The position numbers and the translations under genes were made by a program. From Macrostomum lignano (lineage: Eukaryota), in NCBI GenBank assembly GCA_002269645.1, contig NIVC01002509.1, positions 1 through 64,000 of the forward strand: a DNA stretch of 64,000 nucleotides, in the 5' to 3' direction. The notes beneath the pieces are model-generated. The model was given only the letters and a program-made list of their open reading frames with translations. It was not told the DNA's origin and did no database searches. Shown here piece by piece: positions 22,612-35,803 of this stretch (position 1 is its first letter; each line of letters starts with the position of its first letter).

Positions 22612-22701
22612 CTGCTCGGCATCCTGCAGCTGAGTCTGCAAATCGGAATTTTTAACGCTTAATTCAGTGTTGAGCTCTCGCAATTCTGACAAATTGTTCT
22701 C
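22612..22701 (-). CDS. RIMBP2: RIMBP coding exon (ENNLSELRELNTELSVKNSDLQTQLQDAEQ)
   Basis: TTTTCAG acceptor, GTATTT donor, 90 nt, phase 0/0. Confidence 0.8.
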
Positions 22702-22869
22702 CTGAAAATTAACGGTTTGTCAGATTGAGAATTGAAACACTCGGGTGTGTAGGCCTAGGCATAGTAAACGTTCCTCGAATATTTAAAAGGTTTGGGATAA
22801 ATAAATGGCAAAGAACCGAAGGTCATTTTAGGATAATTCACGAATAACCAGGTTCGGGATAGCTGAAGG

Positions 22870-23900
22870 AGATAAAATCCCAGAGAATCTTTTTTGGGGA
22901 TAACTGAAGGGGATAATATCCCAGGAATCATTTTTAGAGATAACTGAAGGGGATAAAATCCCAGGAATCATTTTTAGAGATAACTGAAGGGGATAAAATC
23001 CCAGGAATCATTTTTAGAGATAACTGAAGGGGATAAAATCTCAGGAATCTTTTTTAGGGTGACTGGAGGGGATAAAATTCCATGAATCATTTTTGGGGAT
23101 AACTGAAGGGGATAATATACCATCAATCAGTTTTGGGGATAACTGAAGGGGATGATATCCCATGAATCATTTTTGGGGATAACTGAAGGGGATAATATAC
23201 CATCAATCAGTTTTGGGGGTAACTGAAGGGGATAATATCCCATGAATCATTTTTGGGGATAACTGAAGGGGATAATATACCATCAATCAGTTTTGGGGAT
23301 AACTGAAGGGGATGATATCCCATGAATCATTTTTGGGGATAACTGAAGGGGATAATATACCATCAATCAGTTTTGGGGTAACTGAAGGGGATAATATCCC
23401 ATGAATCATTTTTGGGGATAACTGAAGGGGATAATATACCATCAATCAGTTTTGGGGATAACTGAAGGGGATGATATCCCATGAATCATTTTTGGGGATA
23501 ACTGAAGGGGATAATATACCATCAATCAGTTTTGGGGATAACTGAAGGGGATGATATCCCATGAATCATTTTTGGGGATAACTGAAGGGGATAATATACC
23601 ATCAATCAGTTTTGGGGGTAACTGAAGGGGATAATATCCCATGAATCATTTTTGGGGATAACTGAAGGGGATAATATCCCATGAATCATTTTTGGGGATA
23701 ACTGAAGGGGATAATATCCCATGAATCATTTTTGGGGATAACTGAAGGGGATAATATCCCATGAATCATTTCTGGGGATAACTGAAGGGGATAATATACC
23801 ATCAATCAGTTTTGGGGATAACTGAAGGGGATAATATCCCATGAATCATTTTTGGGGATAACTGAAGGGGATGATATCCCATGAATCATTTTTGGGGTAA
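22870..23900. repeat. 40-bp minisatellite with alternating variants (80-bp higher-order unit)
   Basis: GGGGATAACTGAAGGGGAT core with alternating ATACCATCAATCAG and ATCCCATGAATCAT. Confidence 0.93.
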
Positions 23901-24194
23901 CATGCGGGGATAATTAAAGCGGATTCCTTCAGAAGTCAAGATTATGGGAAAAAATATTAAAGAAAATGTACAAAAAACAGCAAATCAATAGAGAAGACAA
24001 ACCAAATCAGTCTGGGCGGTGTGCTCTTCTTGAAGCTGAGATTTTAGCTGCTCATTCTCGCCAGACAAAGCCGCGAGACTGCTTTCCTGAAGAAGAGAAG
24101 GGAAGCGAGGGGAGCACTGGTTACACAAGGACATTTAATGTCTGCAGAGTGCAGATGGATGTAATAAACAGCATGGGATGATGGGGCCGCGCAG

Positions 24195-24196
24195 AA

Positions 24197-24237
<41 letters not shown>

Positions 24238-24308
24238 CAAAGACAGACAGACAGACAGACAGACACTAAGACAGACAGTCAGACAGACAGACAGACAGAC
24301 AGACACTA

Positions 24309-24352
<44 letters not shown>

Positions 24353-24355
24353 GAA
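24195..24355. repeat. (CAGA)n microsatellite
   Basis: Direct inspection. Confidence 0.95.
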
Positions 24356-24669
24356 CAGACGCGGAGAGCCAGGCAGAGACAGTGAGCTCTCAAAAGCCAC
24401 CGTCTCGAGTTTAAAGAACCCGGCGCTCTGCTGCCCTGCAGCTGCGGTTGAGCTGAGGAAATCGCATTAACCCACTAGCAAACAGGCTGTCTCTTCCCCA
24501 CTTCCTCTGCTTTTGTAGCTCCCACAGTGCACTTAGTTTAATAGAACAGAAGTTATATGATAGTTTAGTCTGATAGATAAAGTACGCAGTAATATTTCTC
24601 TGATAAATGCAATAAATGATATAACTAGTGTGGTATATAAAAGCCAATATACAGTAGTACATGTTATCT

Positions 24670-25620
24670 TCTCTATATTAGATCTCAATCCTATATATCC
24701 AAGATGTCTATCCTAGATGTCGATCCTCTCTATCCTAGATATCTATTCTCTCTATCCTAGATATCTATCCTCTCTATCCTAGATATCTATTCTCTCTATC
24801 CTAGATATCTATCCTCTCTATCCTAGATATCTATCCTCTCTATCCTAGATATCTATCCTCTCTATCCTAGATATCTATCCTCTCTATCTTAGATATCTAT
24901 CGTCTCTATCCTAGATATCTATCCTCTCGATTCTATATGTCTTTTCCTTTCCATCCTAGATGTATATTCTCTCCACCATAGATGTATATTCTCTCCATCC
25001 TAGATGTATATTCTCTCCATCCTAGATATATATTCTCTCCATCCTAGATGTATATTCTCTCCATCCTAGATATATATTCTCTCCATCCTAGATATATATT
25101 CTCTCCATCTTAGATATATATTCTCTCCATCCTAGATATATATTCTATCCATCCTAGATATATATTCTCTCCATCCTAGATATATATTCTCTCCATCCTA
25201 GATATACATTCTCTCCATCCTAGATATATATTCTCTCCATCCTAGATATACATTCTCTCCATCCTAGATATACATTCTCTCCATCCTAGATATATATTCT
25301 CTCCATCCTAGATATATATTCTCTCCATCCTAGATATATATTCTCTCCATCCTAGATATATATTCTCTCCATCCTAGATATATATTCTCTCCATCCTAGA
25401 TATATATTCTCTCCATCCTAGATATACATTCTCTCCATCCTAGATATATATTCTCTCCATCCTAGATATACATTCTCTCCATCCTAGATATATATTCTCT
25501 CCATCCTAGATATATATTCTCTCCATCCTAGATATATATTCTCTCCATCCTAGATATATATTCTCTCCATCCTAGATGCATTTTCTCTCCATCCTAGATG
25601 TATATTTTCTGCATTACCGA
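24670..25620. repeat. 22-bp minisatellite (TCCTAGATATATATTCTCTCCA), ~40 copies
   Basis: Direct inspection. Confidence 0.95.
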
Positions 25621-25821
25621 TGTCTATCCTCTATCCTATAATGTCTATCGTATTTATCCTAGATGTCTGTTATATCTATTCTTAACAGTCTTTTTTAGTT
25701 ATATTCTTAAAAGTCTATTCTCACTCATCTATGTGTCCATACGTGCAATTCTCTCTATTTAACGCTTGTAGATGTCTAATCTGTTAAAAAAGCAACTAAA
25801 AACCAATGGAGCACTACTCAC

Positions 25822-25962
25822 CAGATAGTTCGCCTGTCTGGCCTCCTCTCTGAGCTGCTCAAGTTCGGCTTCTAAATCGCGTTTCGACTGTTCAACCTGA
25901 GCAGCCTCCTCTGTGAGCAGTTTCAAACGCTCGGAGGCTGGGACTTCGTCTGATAGCAGGTC
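25822..25962 (-). CDS. RIMBP2: RIMBP coding exon (DLLSDEVPASERLKLLTEEAAQVEQSKRDLEAELEQLREEARQANYL)
   Basis: GTGAGT donor at 25821 and a coiled-coil reading frame. The only phase-0 acceptor after the upstream in-frame TAA is a weak AAG, so the 5' edge is uncertain. Confidence 0.7.
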
Positions 25963-27089
25963 CTTATGAGTTTTTTAGGGCAACAGAGAATAGCGCTTTG
26001 ATAACAGAATGAAACAGTTAAACTACAATTGTTTCCTGTTGTTAGGACGCAAATTCTATACTGGATTAAATAATAAAATGCACACGCACTAAGCTCAGAG
26101 CAGCTAAGAGCTCAGAGGGGGTGGGTACTTGGATTGGGAGTAAATTGGATAGGGAAAGAATGGGAAGAGAGGAATGATGGGGTTGCTGCTCTGCGATGGG
26201 GAGACTGAGAATACGCAGCAAGCCAAGCCTCCTTTCGCGTACGCAAGCAACTGTACTGCAAGGTGGCTCAAAAGCAGGCTGCTCTCTCAGTTGCAGACTC
26301 AGGCCGACTGTACATTCATTCTCCGCACCCACCTCAGCGAGAGGGGAAGAGAGGGGGGAGAGGAGCAGGGAAGGGAGAGTCTGGAGAGCCCGATCAATCA
26401 ATACATTTGGTATAGAAAGTGGGGGAGAGAGGAGAGGATAGGGCAAGGCGATTTGAGAAGGCGGTTCTAGAATACTCGTAGAACTCTGAGCTCACTCCCT
26501 CCCTCCCTGCTTGGCCCCTAGCCAAAAGGCTCAGCCAAGCGGTTAGTGGCTTCCCAACCGGCAGCAGCAGCAGGCCGTGTGGAGTCTCAAGGCGAGCTTT
26601 TCTTGGCCGGGGTAAAAGTTGGGAATTAGCACGGGGGGGGCTGTAGGAGGATGGGGTGAAGAAAGTTCACACTACAGGAGGCGCACGAGCATCTCGGAGA
26701 CTAGGATGGGGAGGCCGGAGAGGCTGAGGGGAGAGAAAAAAGGGGGGAGGCCGAAAACGGTGGCAGACAGAGATATTCCCTAACCATAATCCCCAATGCG
26801 GAGCGCTCTCCCTATTCCCCCTGGGAGCAGAGTTGTGTATAGAAATGAATGGGAAGGCGATTCCAAGCCTTTGCAGATGCCCAGATTAGCTTTAACCCGG
26901 CCTGAAATCCCTCTTCAAACACATCTCGAAATCCCCTTAGATAGCGCCACAGAGAAGGGTATTGGTTTCCAAATTTTCAAATCATTTAAATAGAAATTAA
27001 AACAAATATAAAATCCGATTACGCGTGTACATATTTAGCAGACTTAAGCTAATGACTGTTTGAGTTTGAGATCAACAAATAAAAAGCAA

Positions 27090-28260
27090 ATGAATCTCAA
27101 AATGAAAATGGCACTCCCCAATATCTAGTGGCAAATTTATCTCAAAATGAAAATGGCACTCGCCAATATCTAGTGGCAAATGTACCTCAAAATGAAAATG
27201 GCACTCGCCAATATCTAGTAGCAAATGTACCTCAAAATGAAAATGGCACTCGCCATTATCTAGTGGCAAATGTATTTCAAAATGAAAATGGCACTCGCCA
27301 ATATCTAGTGGCAAATGTATCTCAAAATGAAAATGGCACTGCCAGTGTCTGCCACTATCTAGTGACAAATCTATCTCAAAATGAAAATGGCACTGCCAGT
27401 GTCTGCCACTATTTAGTGGCAAATGTATTTCAAAATGAAAATGGCACTCGCCAATATCTAGTGGCAAATGTATCTCAAAATGAAAATGGCACTGCCAGTG
27501 TCTGCCACTATCTAGTGACAAATCTATCTTAAAATGAAAATGGCACTGCCAGTGTCTGCCACTATCTAGTGGCAAATGTATCTCAAAATGAAAATGGCAC
27601 TCGCCAATATCTAGTGGCAAATGTATCTCAAAATGAAAATGGCACTGCCAGTGTCTGCCACTATCTAGTGGCAAATGTATCTCAAAATGAAAATGGCACT
27701 CGCCAATATCTAGTGGCAAATTTATCTCAAAACGAAAATGGCACTCGCCAGTATCTAGTGGCAAATGTATCTCAAAATGAAAATGGCACTCGCCCATATC
27801 TAGTGGCAAATTTATCTCAAAATGAAAATGGCACTCGCCAATATCTAGTGGCAAATTTATCTCAAAACGAAAATGGCACTCGCCAGTATCTAGTGGCAAA
27901 TGTATCTCAAAATGAAAATGGCACTCGCCAATAGCTAGTGGCAAATGTATCTCAAAATGAAAATGGCACTCGCCAATATCTAGTGGCAAATGTATCTCAA
28001 AATGAAAATGGCACTCGCCATTATCTAGTGGCAAATGTATCTCAAAATGAAAATGGCACTCGCCATTATCTAGTGGCAAATGTATCTCAAAATGAAAATG
28101 GCACTCGCCAATATCTAGTGGCAAATGTATCTCAAAATGAAAATGGCACTCGCCAATATCTAGTGGCAAATGTATCTTAAAATGAAAATGGCACTGCCAG
28201 TGTCTGCCACTATCTAGTGGCAAATGAGTCTCAAATGGCACTGCCACTATCTAGTGACAA
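27090..28260. repeat. 45/54-bp minisatellite (TATCTAGTGGCAAATGTATCTCAAAATGAAAATGGCACTCGCCAA)
   Basis: 15-aa periodic ORFs on both strands; the 54-bp variant carries GCCAGTGTCT. Confidence 0.95.
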
Positions 28261-28342
28261 ATGAGTCCAAACAAAAATGGCGCTGATTGTATTTAGTGAC
28301 AAAGTAACTACATAAAAGGTAACCCGCAAAAAGTGCACTCAC

Positions 28343-28456
28343 CTGATTCCAGGTGAGCTGTCGCTCAAGCAACAATCTTTCGCGTTGAGCAGTTTTGAGC
28401 ATGCCCTCCAGAGCCTCGGAGTTGGGATTGTTTCTGGTCTGAAATGCCGCATAGAG
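28343..28456 (-). CDS. RIMBP2: RIMBP coding exon (LYAAFQTRNNPNSEALEGMLKTAQRERLLLERQLTWNQ)
   Basis: TTTTTAG acceptor, GTGAGT donor, 114 nt, phase 0/0. Confidence 0.8.
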
Positions 28457-29194
28457 CTAAAAAGTCAGAGGGGCCTCAGTGGGTGAGCAACTCCAACATG
28501 GCTCTGCTGTTGGAGGGAGAAATTAGTTAGTCAGGAATTTCTCACTAATGTTGAGAGAATTGCCTAACTGATGAGGGGAAAAATCTGTCAATCGATGAAA
28601 GAGGAATTTCTGACTTCAAAAAGAGAATCTCACACTTTAAAATAAAGAAATACCCCACTTAAAGAAATATCACACTTAAAATAGAGAAATCTCTCCGTTC
28701 AAGGGGTATTTCTCTCCCTTCAAGGGGCATTTCTTTCTTTTCAAGAGGGACTTGAAAGATTTCCCTCTTGAAAGATAAGGACCAAACTTAAAATAGAGAA
28801 ATACCCCACCTAAAATAGAGAAATACTCCACTTAAAATAGAGAAATTCCCTCTTGAAAAGAAATAAATACCCCTAAAGGGAGAGAAATACCCCTTAAAGG
28901 GAGAGAAATACCCCTTAAAGGGAGAGAAATACCCCTTTCGAAAAAAATATTCTCCTTGAGAGGAAAACCACAATAAAAAAGATATAAATAGCCTGCTACA
29001 AAATAGAAAAGAAAGTTCTTAATTTAATAAAGAAAAAATTCTTCGTTTAATAAGAGGGGAAAACCTAAGTAAATAAAATAATTCCTCGCGATTTATCAGG
29101 GAATCATCTCTTAAATAAAGGGTAATTACGTACTTTAGTCGGATAATAAATTAATTTACTAATCCAAATAAATCTCTGAGCACAGTCTCCTTAC

Positions 29195-29329
29195 CTTATA
29201 GTTAAGCTGGTCAACTCTGTGCCTGAGCCCGGCCAGCTCATTGTCCTTCTCGGACAGCAGCTTGGCATTCTCGGCCAGGTCCCTCATCCGGCGCCGCTCG
29301 TAGTCGCGTCGGATTTCGTCCAGCGACGG
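29195..29329 (-). CDS. RIMBP2: RIMBP coding exon (PSLDEIRRDYERRRMRDLAENAKLLSEKDNELAGLRHRVDQLNYK)
   Basis: TTTTCAG acceptor, GTAAG donor, 135 nt, phase 0/0. Confidence 0.85.
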
Positions 29330-29712
29330 CTGAAAATTTTTATCGGTAAAAACGCAAAATACAGAAAAGTGGCTACTGACTACTTGCAGTACCTAAAGTC
29401 AGAAAAACCAATATTGAAAATATCGACTATAATAACGACTCTAAATTTTCTCTTAAAAAGTGCTGGATTCTGGGAAAATTGCATAAATAGTGTCAAAAAT
29501 TCTTGAAAATATTACGCCGAAAATTGGAATATTTTAAGAAGTATCACCCTAAATAAAGCAAGATTCTTAGAAATCTTAGAAAGATTCTTGAAATCTCACC
29601 CTAAATAAAGCAAGATGCTTAGAAATCTCACCCTAAACAAAGCAAGATGCTTAGAAATCTCACCTGAAAGAGTGTCAGATTCCTAGAAAAGCCGCCCAAT
29701 CCCGCCACTCAC

Positions 29713-29835
29713 CTGCTGGGCAGACCTGGCCTTCTCCTCCAACCGTCTGGCAATGGCCGCCAGCTCTGCGTTGCGCTTCTTTAAACTTTTCACTCGCTCC
29801 TCGGCGGCCTGGCTGGCCTGATCGCTGCGCTCGGA
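29713..29835 (-). CDS. RIMBP2: RIMBP coding exon (…LKKRNAELAAIARRLEEKARSAQQ)
   Basis: TAG acceptor, GTGAGT donor, 123 nt, phase 0/0. NAELAAIARRLEEKAR resembles the N-terminal coiled-coil motif I recall from RIMBP1/TSPOAP1 and RIMBP3. Confidence 0.85.
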
Positions 29836-29959
29836 CTAGTGGGGATTCGGGATCAGGAAGCGGTTCGGTTCGGGACAGATTTTACTTTGAATTGTATTTT
29901 GGGAAGACTGGGATGAGATTAGGAGGGTTAAAATGTGGCTTTTGATGGAACTGTAGGAT

Positions 29960-31255
29960 GCGACTGAGATGGGATTCGGTTAGGATTGAGATAGAATTCA
30001 AAGTAGACTGAGATGGGATTCTGACGGGACTGCGACAGGACTATAGGATGTGACTAAAATAGGGCTGAGATTAGACTGAGATAGGATTATGATGGGATTG
30101 AGAAGTGACTATAGAATGTGACTGAGATGGGACCGAAGTGGGGTTGAGATGGGATTGAGAAGTGACTATAGAATGTGACTGAGATGGGACCGAAGTGGGA
30201 TTAAGATGGGACTATAGAATGTGACTGAGATAGGACTGAGATGGTACTGAGATAAGATTGAGATGGGACTATAGAATGTAACTGAGATGGTACTGAGATG
30301 GGATTGAGATGGGACTATAGAATGTGACTGAGATAGGACTGAGATGGGACTGAGATGGGATTGAGATGGGACTATAGAATGTGACTGAGATAGGACTGAG
30401 ATGGGATTGAGATGGGATTGAGATGGGACTATAGAATGTGACTGAGATAAGACCATAAGATGAGACTAGATAGGATATAAGATGAGACTAGATGGGACTA
30501 TAAGATGCGACTGGGATGGGACTATAAGATGAGACTAGATGGAACTATAAGATGAGACTGAGATGGAACTATAAGATGAGACTAGATGGGACTATAAGAT
30601 GGAACAGAGATGGGACTATGAGATGAGACTTAGACAGGACTATAAGATGGAACAGAGATGGGACTATGAGATGAGACTTAGACAGGACTATAAGATGGAA
30701 CAGAGATGGGACTATGAGATGAGACTAGACAGAACTATAAGATGAGACTAGATGGAACCATAAGATGAGACTAGATGGAACCATACGATGAGACTAGATG
30801 GGACTACATGTATAAGATGAGACTAGATGGGACCCTACGATGAGACTAGATGGGACTCTAAGATGAGACTAGATGGGACTCTAAGATGAGACTAGATGGG
30901 ACTCTAAGATGAGACTAGATGGGACTAAAAGATGAGACTAGATGGAACTATAAGATGAGACTAGATGCGACTATAAGATGGAACTGAGATGGGACCATGA
31001 GATGAGACTAGATGGAACCATAAGATGAGACTAGATGGAACCATACGATGAGACTAGATGGGACTACATGTATAAGATGAGACTAGATGGGAATCTAAGA
31101 TGAGACTAGATGGGACTCTAAGATGAGACTAGATGGGACTAAAAGATGAGACTAGATGGAACTATAAGATGAGACTAGATGCGACTATAAGATGGAACTG
31201 AGATGGGACCATGAGATGAGACTAGACAGGACTATAAGATGAGACTGAGATGGTC
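29960..31255. repeat. GA-rich minisatellite field, ~10-23-bp units (GATGAGACTAGATGGGACTATAA)
   Basis: Direct inspection; unit type changes gradually along the array. Confidence 0.92.
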
Positions 31256-31374
31256 CGGGATTTAAAAAGTTTATGCAGGATTATCAAGAGATTACGATGA
31301 TAACACGATTAAAATTAGTGGGTCACCGTGGGATTGGGATCATGGGAACCTATTTCACAAATAAAATCCCTCAC

Positions 31375-31482
31375 CAGATTGGCATAGTCAGTTTTCAATC
31401 GGTCAAGTTCAGTCTGCAGTTCGTGGACAAGCTGATCCCGTTCCAGCCAGCGCTTGTTGACAAACTTTTCGATTGCCTTCGT
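31375..31482 (-). CDS. RIMBP2: RIMBP coding exon (TKAIEKFVNKRWLERDQLVHELQTELDRLKTDYANL)
   Basis: TTATTCAG acceptor, GTGAGG donor, 108 nt, phase 0/0, coiled-coil heptads. Confidence 0.8.
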
Positions 31483-31929
31483 CTGAATAACCGGGGGGGG
31501 GACATGCAAATACATGTAAATTCAGCGATTATATTGAGGCACTAAATTAAAATAAAGAGTGCTTTCGCTACACTCTACTTTAATAAGTAGTGCGATAAGG
31601 AAGAACAGAAGGAAACAAAAAAATAATAATATACAGATTTACACTCCGCTTTCACTCAATAGTAAAGAAAAAAATAGGTTGAACACAGACAATTTTTTCA
31701 TTTCAAAATATTTGAGCACAATATTAACGCATTTGTGCTGTGTGCGAAATTTTTTAGGGTAAGTGTAATATAGACAGATAATACTAATTCAGACAGTAAG
31801 TGGCTGTGCTTAACGAGTAAATACGTTACGATTAAGAAGTAAATTGTGACTAAGTCCTGACTCGTAAATTCAATAAGTAAGACTAGATTAGCTATCCATT
31901 ACTATTCCTGAGTTGAAAAGATGATTTCT

Positions 31930-32110
31930 GAGATGTCAAGGCTTAATGTGGAATTGCTGAGATGTCAAGGCTGACGGGGGAATTGCTGCGATGTCAAGGC
32001 TGACGGGGGGAATTGCTGAGATGTCAAGGCTGACGGGGGGAATTGCTGAGATGTCAAGGCTGACGGGGGAATTGCTGAGATGTCAAGGCTGACGGGGGGA
32101 ATTGCTAAGA
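31930..32110. repeat. 29-30-bp repeat (GAGATGTCAAGGCTGACGGGGGAATTGCT), ~5-6 copies
   Basis: Direct inspection. Confidence 0.9.
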
Positions 32111-32864
32111 TACTAAGGCGGAGGTCAGAAGCTACATGTAGTTTTTTTCAATGTTACATTCTTTGATTTCTCCCCAACGGGGGGCGTAGCTTGCTAGTCC
32201 ATTACTATTCCTGTGTTGAAGAGATCATTCATGAGGCCAGACTAGCAATCCATTACTATTGCCATGCAAAATAAACCATTAGAAGCCACAACTTCAACTC
32301 GGGTATTGGCACGCAGCACAATATGAGTAAAAAATTTCGAAAGGTAATATAAAATGATAAAATAAAGTTTTATTGTAAACTGAATCGAGCATAAAGAAAC
32401 ACGTTGGCAACCTGTGCCGCTTTTACCTGACCAACACGGCTGATGCCACCTTGAATTGAATTGTCAAAAAGTTGGCTCACGTATAAAAGACACAAAGCTT
32501 ACAGACCCACAATCGTCAATTATTAAATTGGCTAATTCTGTTCCTCTACAGTTACTTGTTTGCCGACTTGCAAAGTTGAAAGAGCAAGAGATTAAGCCCT
32601 GGCTGGTAACACCCCCCTCTAACAGCCTGACTACCAATGAGAGAGGATTCTACAACCCAGTGCCCATGCACAACCGTCTGCTAAGTAGAATTGAAGAATA
32701 TAAAATCGATAATCTCGGAGCGCAATGTCAGGCCAAGACAATTCGACTCTCACACTTAACCAAGGCGATCTAAAACTGAGATTCTGGAGAACATTTTAAC
32801 CGTTGGCACAAAGGCCCAATTATAAACAAAGCATTACGTCTACTTTGTACAATGTTAAGCAAAC

Positions 32865-33600
32865 CGACTGCAACTGACATAAGCGCCTACCTTTCAGCTG
32901 ACTGCAACTGACATAAGCGTCTACCTGTCAGCTGACTGCAACTGACATAAGCGCCTACCTTTCAGCTGACTGCAACTGATATAAGCGCCTACCTTTCAGC
33001 TGACTGCAACTGACATAAGCGTCTACCTGTCAGCTGACTGCAACTGACATAAGCGCCTATCCTTCAGCTGACTGCAACTGACATAAGCGCCCATCCTTCA
33101 GCTGACTGCATCTGACATAAGCGCCTATCCTTCAGCTGACTGCATCTGACATAAGCGCCTATCCTTCAGCTGACTGCAACTGACATAAGCGCCTATCCTT
33201 CAGCTGACTGCAACTGACATAAGCGCCTATCCTTCAGCTGACTGCATCTGACATAAGCGCCTATCCTTCAGCTTACTGCAACTGACATAAGCGCCTATCC
33301 TTCAGCTGACTGCAACTGACATAAGCGCCCATCCTTCAGCTGACTGCATCTGACATAAGCGCCTATCCTTCAGCTGACTGCATCTGACATAAGCGCCTAT
33401 CCTTCAGCTTACTGCAACTGACATAAGCGCCTATCCTTCAGCTGACTGCAACTGACATAAGCGCCTATCCTTCAGCTTACTGCAACTGACATAAGCGCCT
33501 ATCCTTCAGCTGACTGCAACTGACATAAGCGCCTATCCTTCAGCTGACTGCAACTGACATAAGCGCCTATCCTTCAGCTTACTGCAACTGACATAAGCGC
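32865..33600. repeat. 34-bp minisatellite (CTGACTGCAACTGACATAAGCGCCTATCCTTCAG), ~21 copies
   Basis: Period of 34; head-to-tail with no spacers. Confidence 0.95.
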
Positions 33601-35159
33601 GTACTATTAAAAATATAGAGATAGGCGCGCTAATGTCAAGCCATGGTTTGTCTGGGTATGTAGAGCCCAGGGTCCGAATTTAGGATGCCAAAGTGAAAAC
33701 CAGGATGCCAGCTGGTATTAGTGAAAAGGTTGAAAATCAAATAAAATACCTTGAGATCTCTTCCCTACCCTTTTGCACTGCTGAGCTTCTCTGATCCACA
33801 CAAGTTGCAGAAGTTTGCAGACTTTATATTTAATTAATTTACAGATTACTCAAACTGTACAGATGATTGAAGTCTTTAAGTCTGCGAAACTATTCTTACT
33901 TTAGATAAAATAGAATTTGCAGAAAATATGAAACTCAAATTGACTGGTATCCGAGGGTCCAAATTCTTTAAACCACAACTTTTATTCAGCTGTAAGACAA
34001 AATAGAAGTCTTAGGGAGTGTCCGGAACACAGCTTGCATTCCATACTGCCACTTGAAGTTCGCCTTGGCCCCTAACCCACAGCCCCCGCCTCGGTCGCGC
34101 CTCTGTCTCTCCCTGGCTTATAGAAATATTTTTGGGCGTTGCTTGACGCAAATCTTACTCATAAAGTACATGGCACAGTTACCCAGCTATACAGCTAAGG
34201 ATAGAAGATATCATCTGTAGGAAATAAGTATTGAATTTAAAAAAAAAGCAAAACTAATTATTAAAGAATGGCAGTAAGCAATACCTTTTTAAATAGCATT
34301 TTAGCTACCGCTGTTGAGTGAACGTCTAATTTTTTGAAGAGTGCGTGTACATATTCATGGAAAAAGCAATTTAAAAGAATTCGGTATTTATCGATAATGG
34401 CTGACCTCAAATAATTCTGCAGCTCATTTAGATACATTAGTAAAAAATATAACTGACTGCATCCCCGCACTCTGAAATACAAAATAAATCAATAAATAAA
34501 ATCGTACTTTTCGTGTCCGCACTACCCTACTGATAAAGTAGTTAGTAGTGTTGATGACATTTTACTGCCTATTTTATATTCTCTTATTTGTGAGAAAGCA
34601 ATATAAAGCAATGGAAAGGTACTTGAAAATCAATAAAAGTTGGTCAAATACTTTTATTCTGACCAAGCTTAATTTTATTCTTTTGTCTTAAATAAAGTTG
34701 ACCCACAGATTTGGAGCACAGCTCTTGAGTAAAGTTTTCTAATTAATTGGAGTCTACTAGAGAGAGCAGAGCGCATATCTAGACAAGAATAACAGCAAAG
34801 CCACCTGCTTCTAGAGTCGCTTCAGTTCATTTTTATAGAAGCTCTGCCCTCTCACCAGCGTTTCTATATAGAAAATAAGAGAATGCAATAGAGTAGAATG
34901 GCAAAGATGTAACAGAGCTAGCACTGCTCTGAATAAGGACAGTCCTGGCGCATAGCGGGACAGAGCTGTAAAAAGTTCAAACTTATTAACTGCAGGTTGA
35001 ACAAAGTCCTATGCGTGAGAAAATCGTTTTCAGATTGAGATTCAATAAGCGTATTAGTGGGGGCTGACCGAGTGCTTACTGACCCGCTTTGCCTTCATTT
35101 GCGTTATAAAAAATTTTAAGATAAAATATAAGCTTTAATTTGACCTATAAACTTCGACT

Positions 35160-35785
35160 AAGATTGTATCTATTCCTTCAAAACCCTACATCTATCCCTT
35201 CACCAACCCAACATCTATACTTTCACCAACCCTACATCTGTCCCTTCACCAACCCTACATCTATCCCTTTAACAACCCTACATCCATCCCTAGACCAAGC
35301 CTACATCTATCCCTTCACCAATCCTACACATCTATTCCTAGACCAACCCTACATCTATCCCTTCATCAACCCTACATCTATCCCTTCATATATCCCTTCA
35401 CCAACCCTACATCTGTCCCTTCATCAACCCTACATCAAGCCCTTTTAACAACCGTAAATCTATCCCTTCACCAACCCTAAATCTATCCCTTCACCAACCC
35501 TAAATCTATCCCTTCACCAACCCTACATCTATCCCTTCACCAACCCTAAATCTATCCCTTCACCAACCCTACATCTATCCCTTCACCAACCCTACATCTA
35601 TCCCTTCACCAACCCTACATCTGTCCCTTCACCAACCCTACATCTATCCCTTCACCAACCCTACATCTATCCCTTCACCAACCCTACATCTATCCCTTCA
35701 CCAACCCTACATCTATCCCTTCACCAACCCTACATCTATCCCTTCACAAACCCTACATCTTCACCAACCCTACATCTATCCCTCC
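35160..35785. repeat. 23-bp minisatellite (CCTTCACCAACCCTACATCTATC)
   Basis: Begins ~18 nt from the donor at 35803. Confidence 0.93.
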
Positions 35786-35803
35786 ATCCCCAGAATCTCT
35801 CAC

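Noticed and set aside
27072-28247. 391-aa His/Cys-rich ORF, plus ORFs on the opposite strand
   Set aside because: By-product of a 45/54-bp array whose unit length is a multiple of 3. It is open on both strands, has no convincing splice sites, and the flanking RIMBP exons join in phase without it.
32456-32773. 105-aa plus-strand ORF inside RIMBP intron 1
   Set aside because: TTG start, no recognisable domain and no splice support
32865-33600. CRISPR-like 34-bp repeats (also 10463-11330)
   Set aside because: No spacers; ordinary minisatellites
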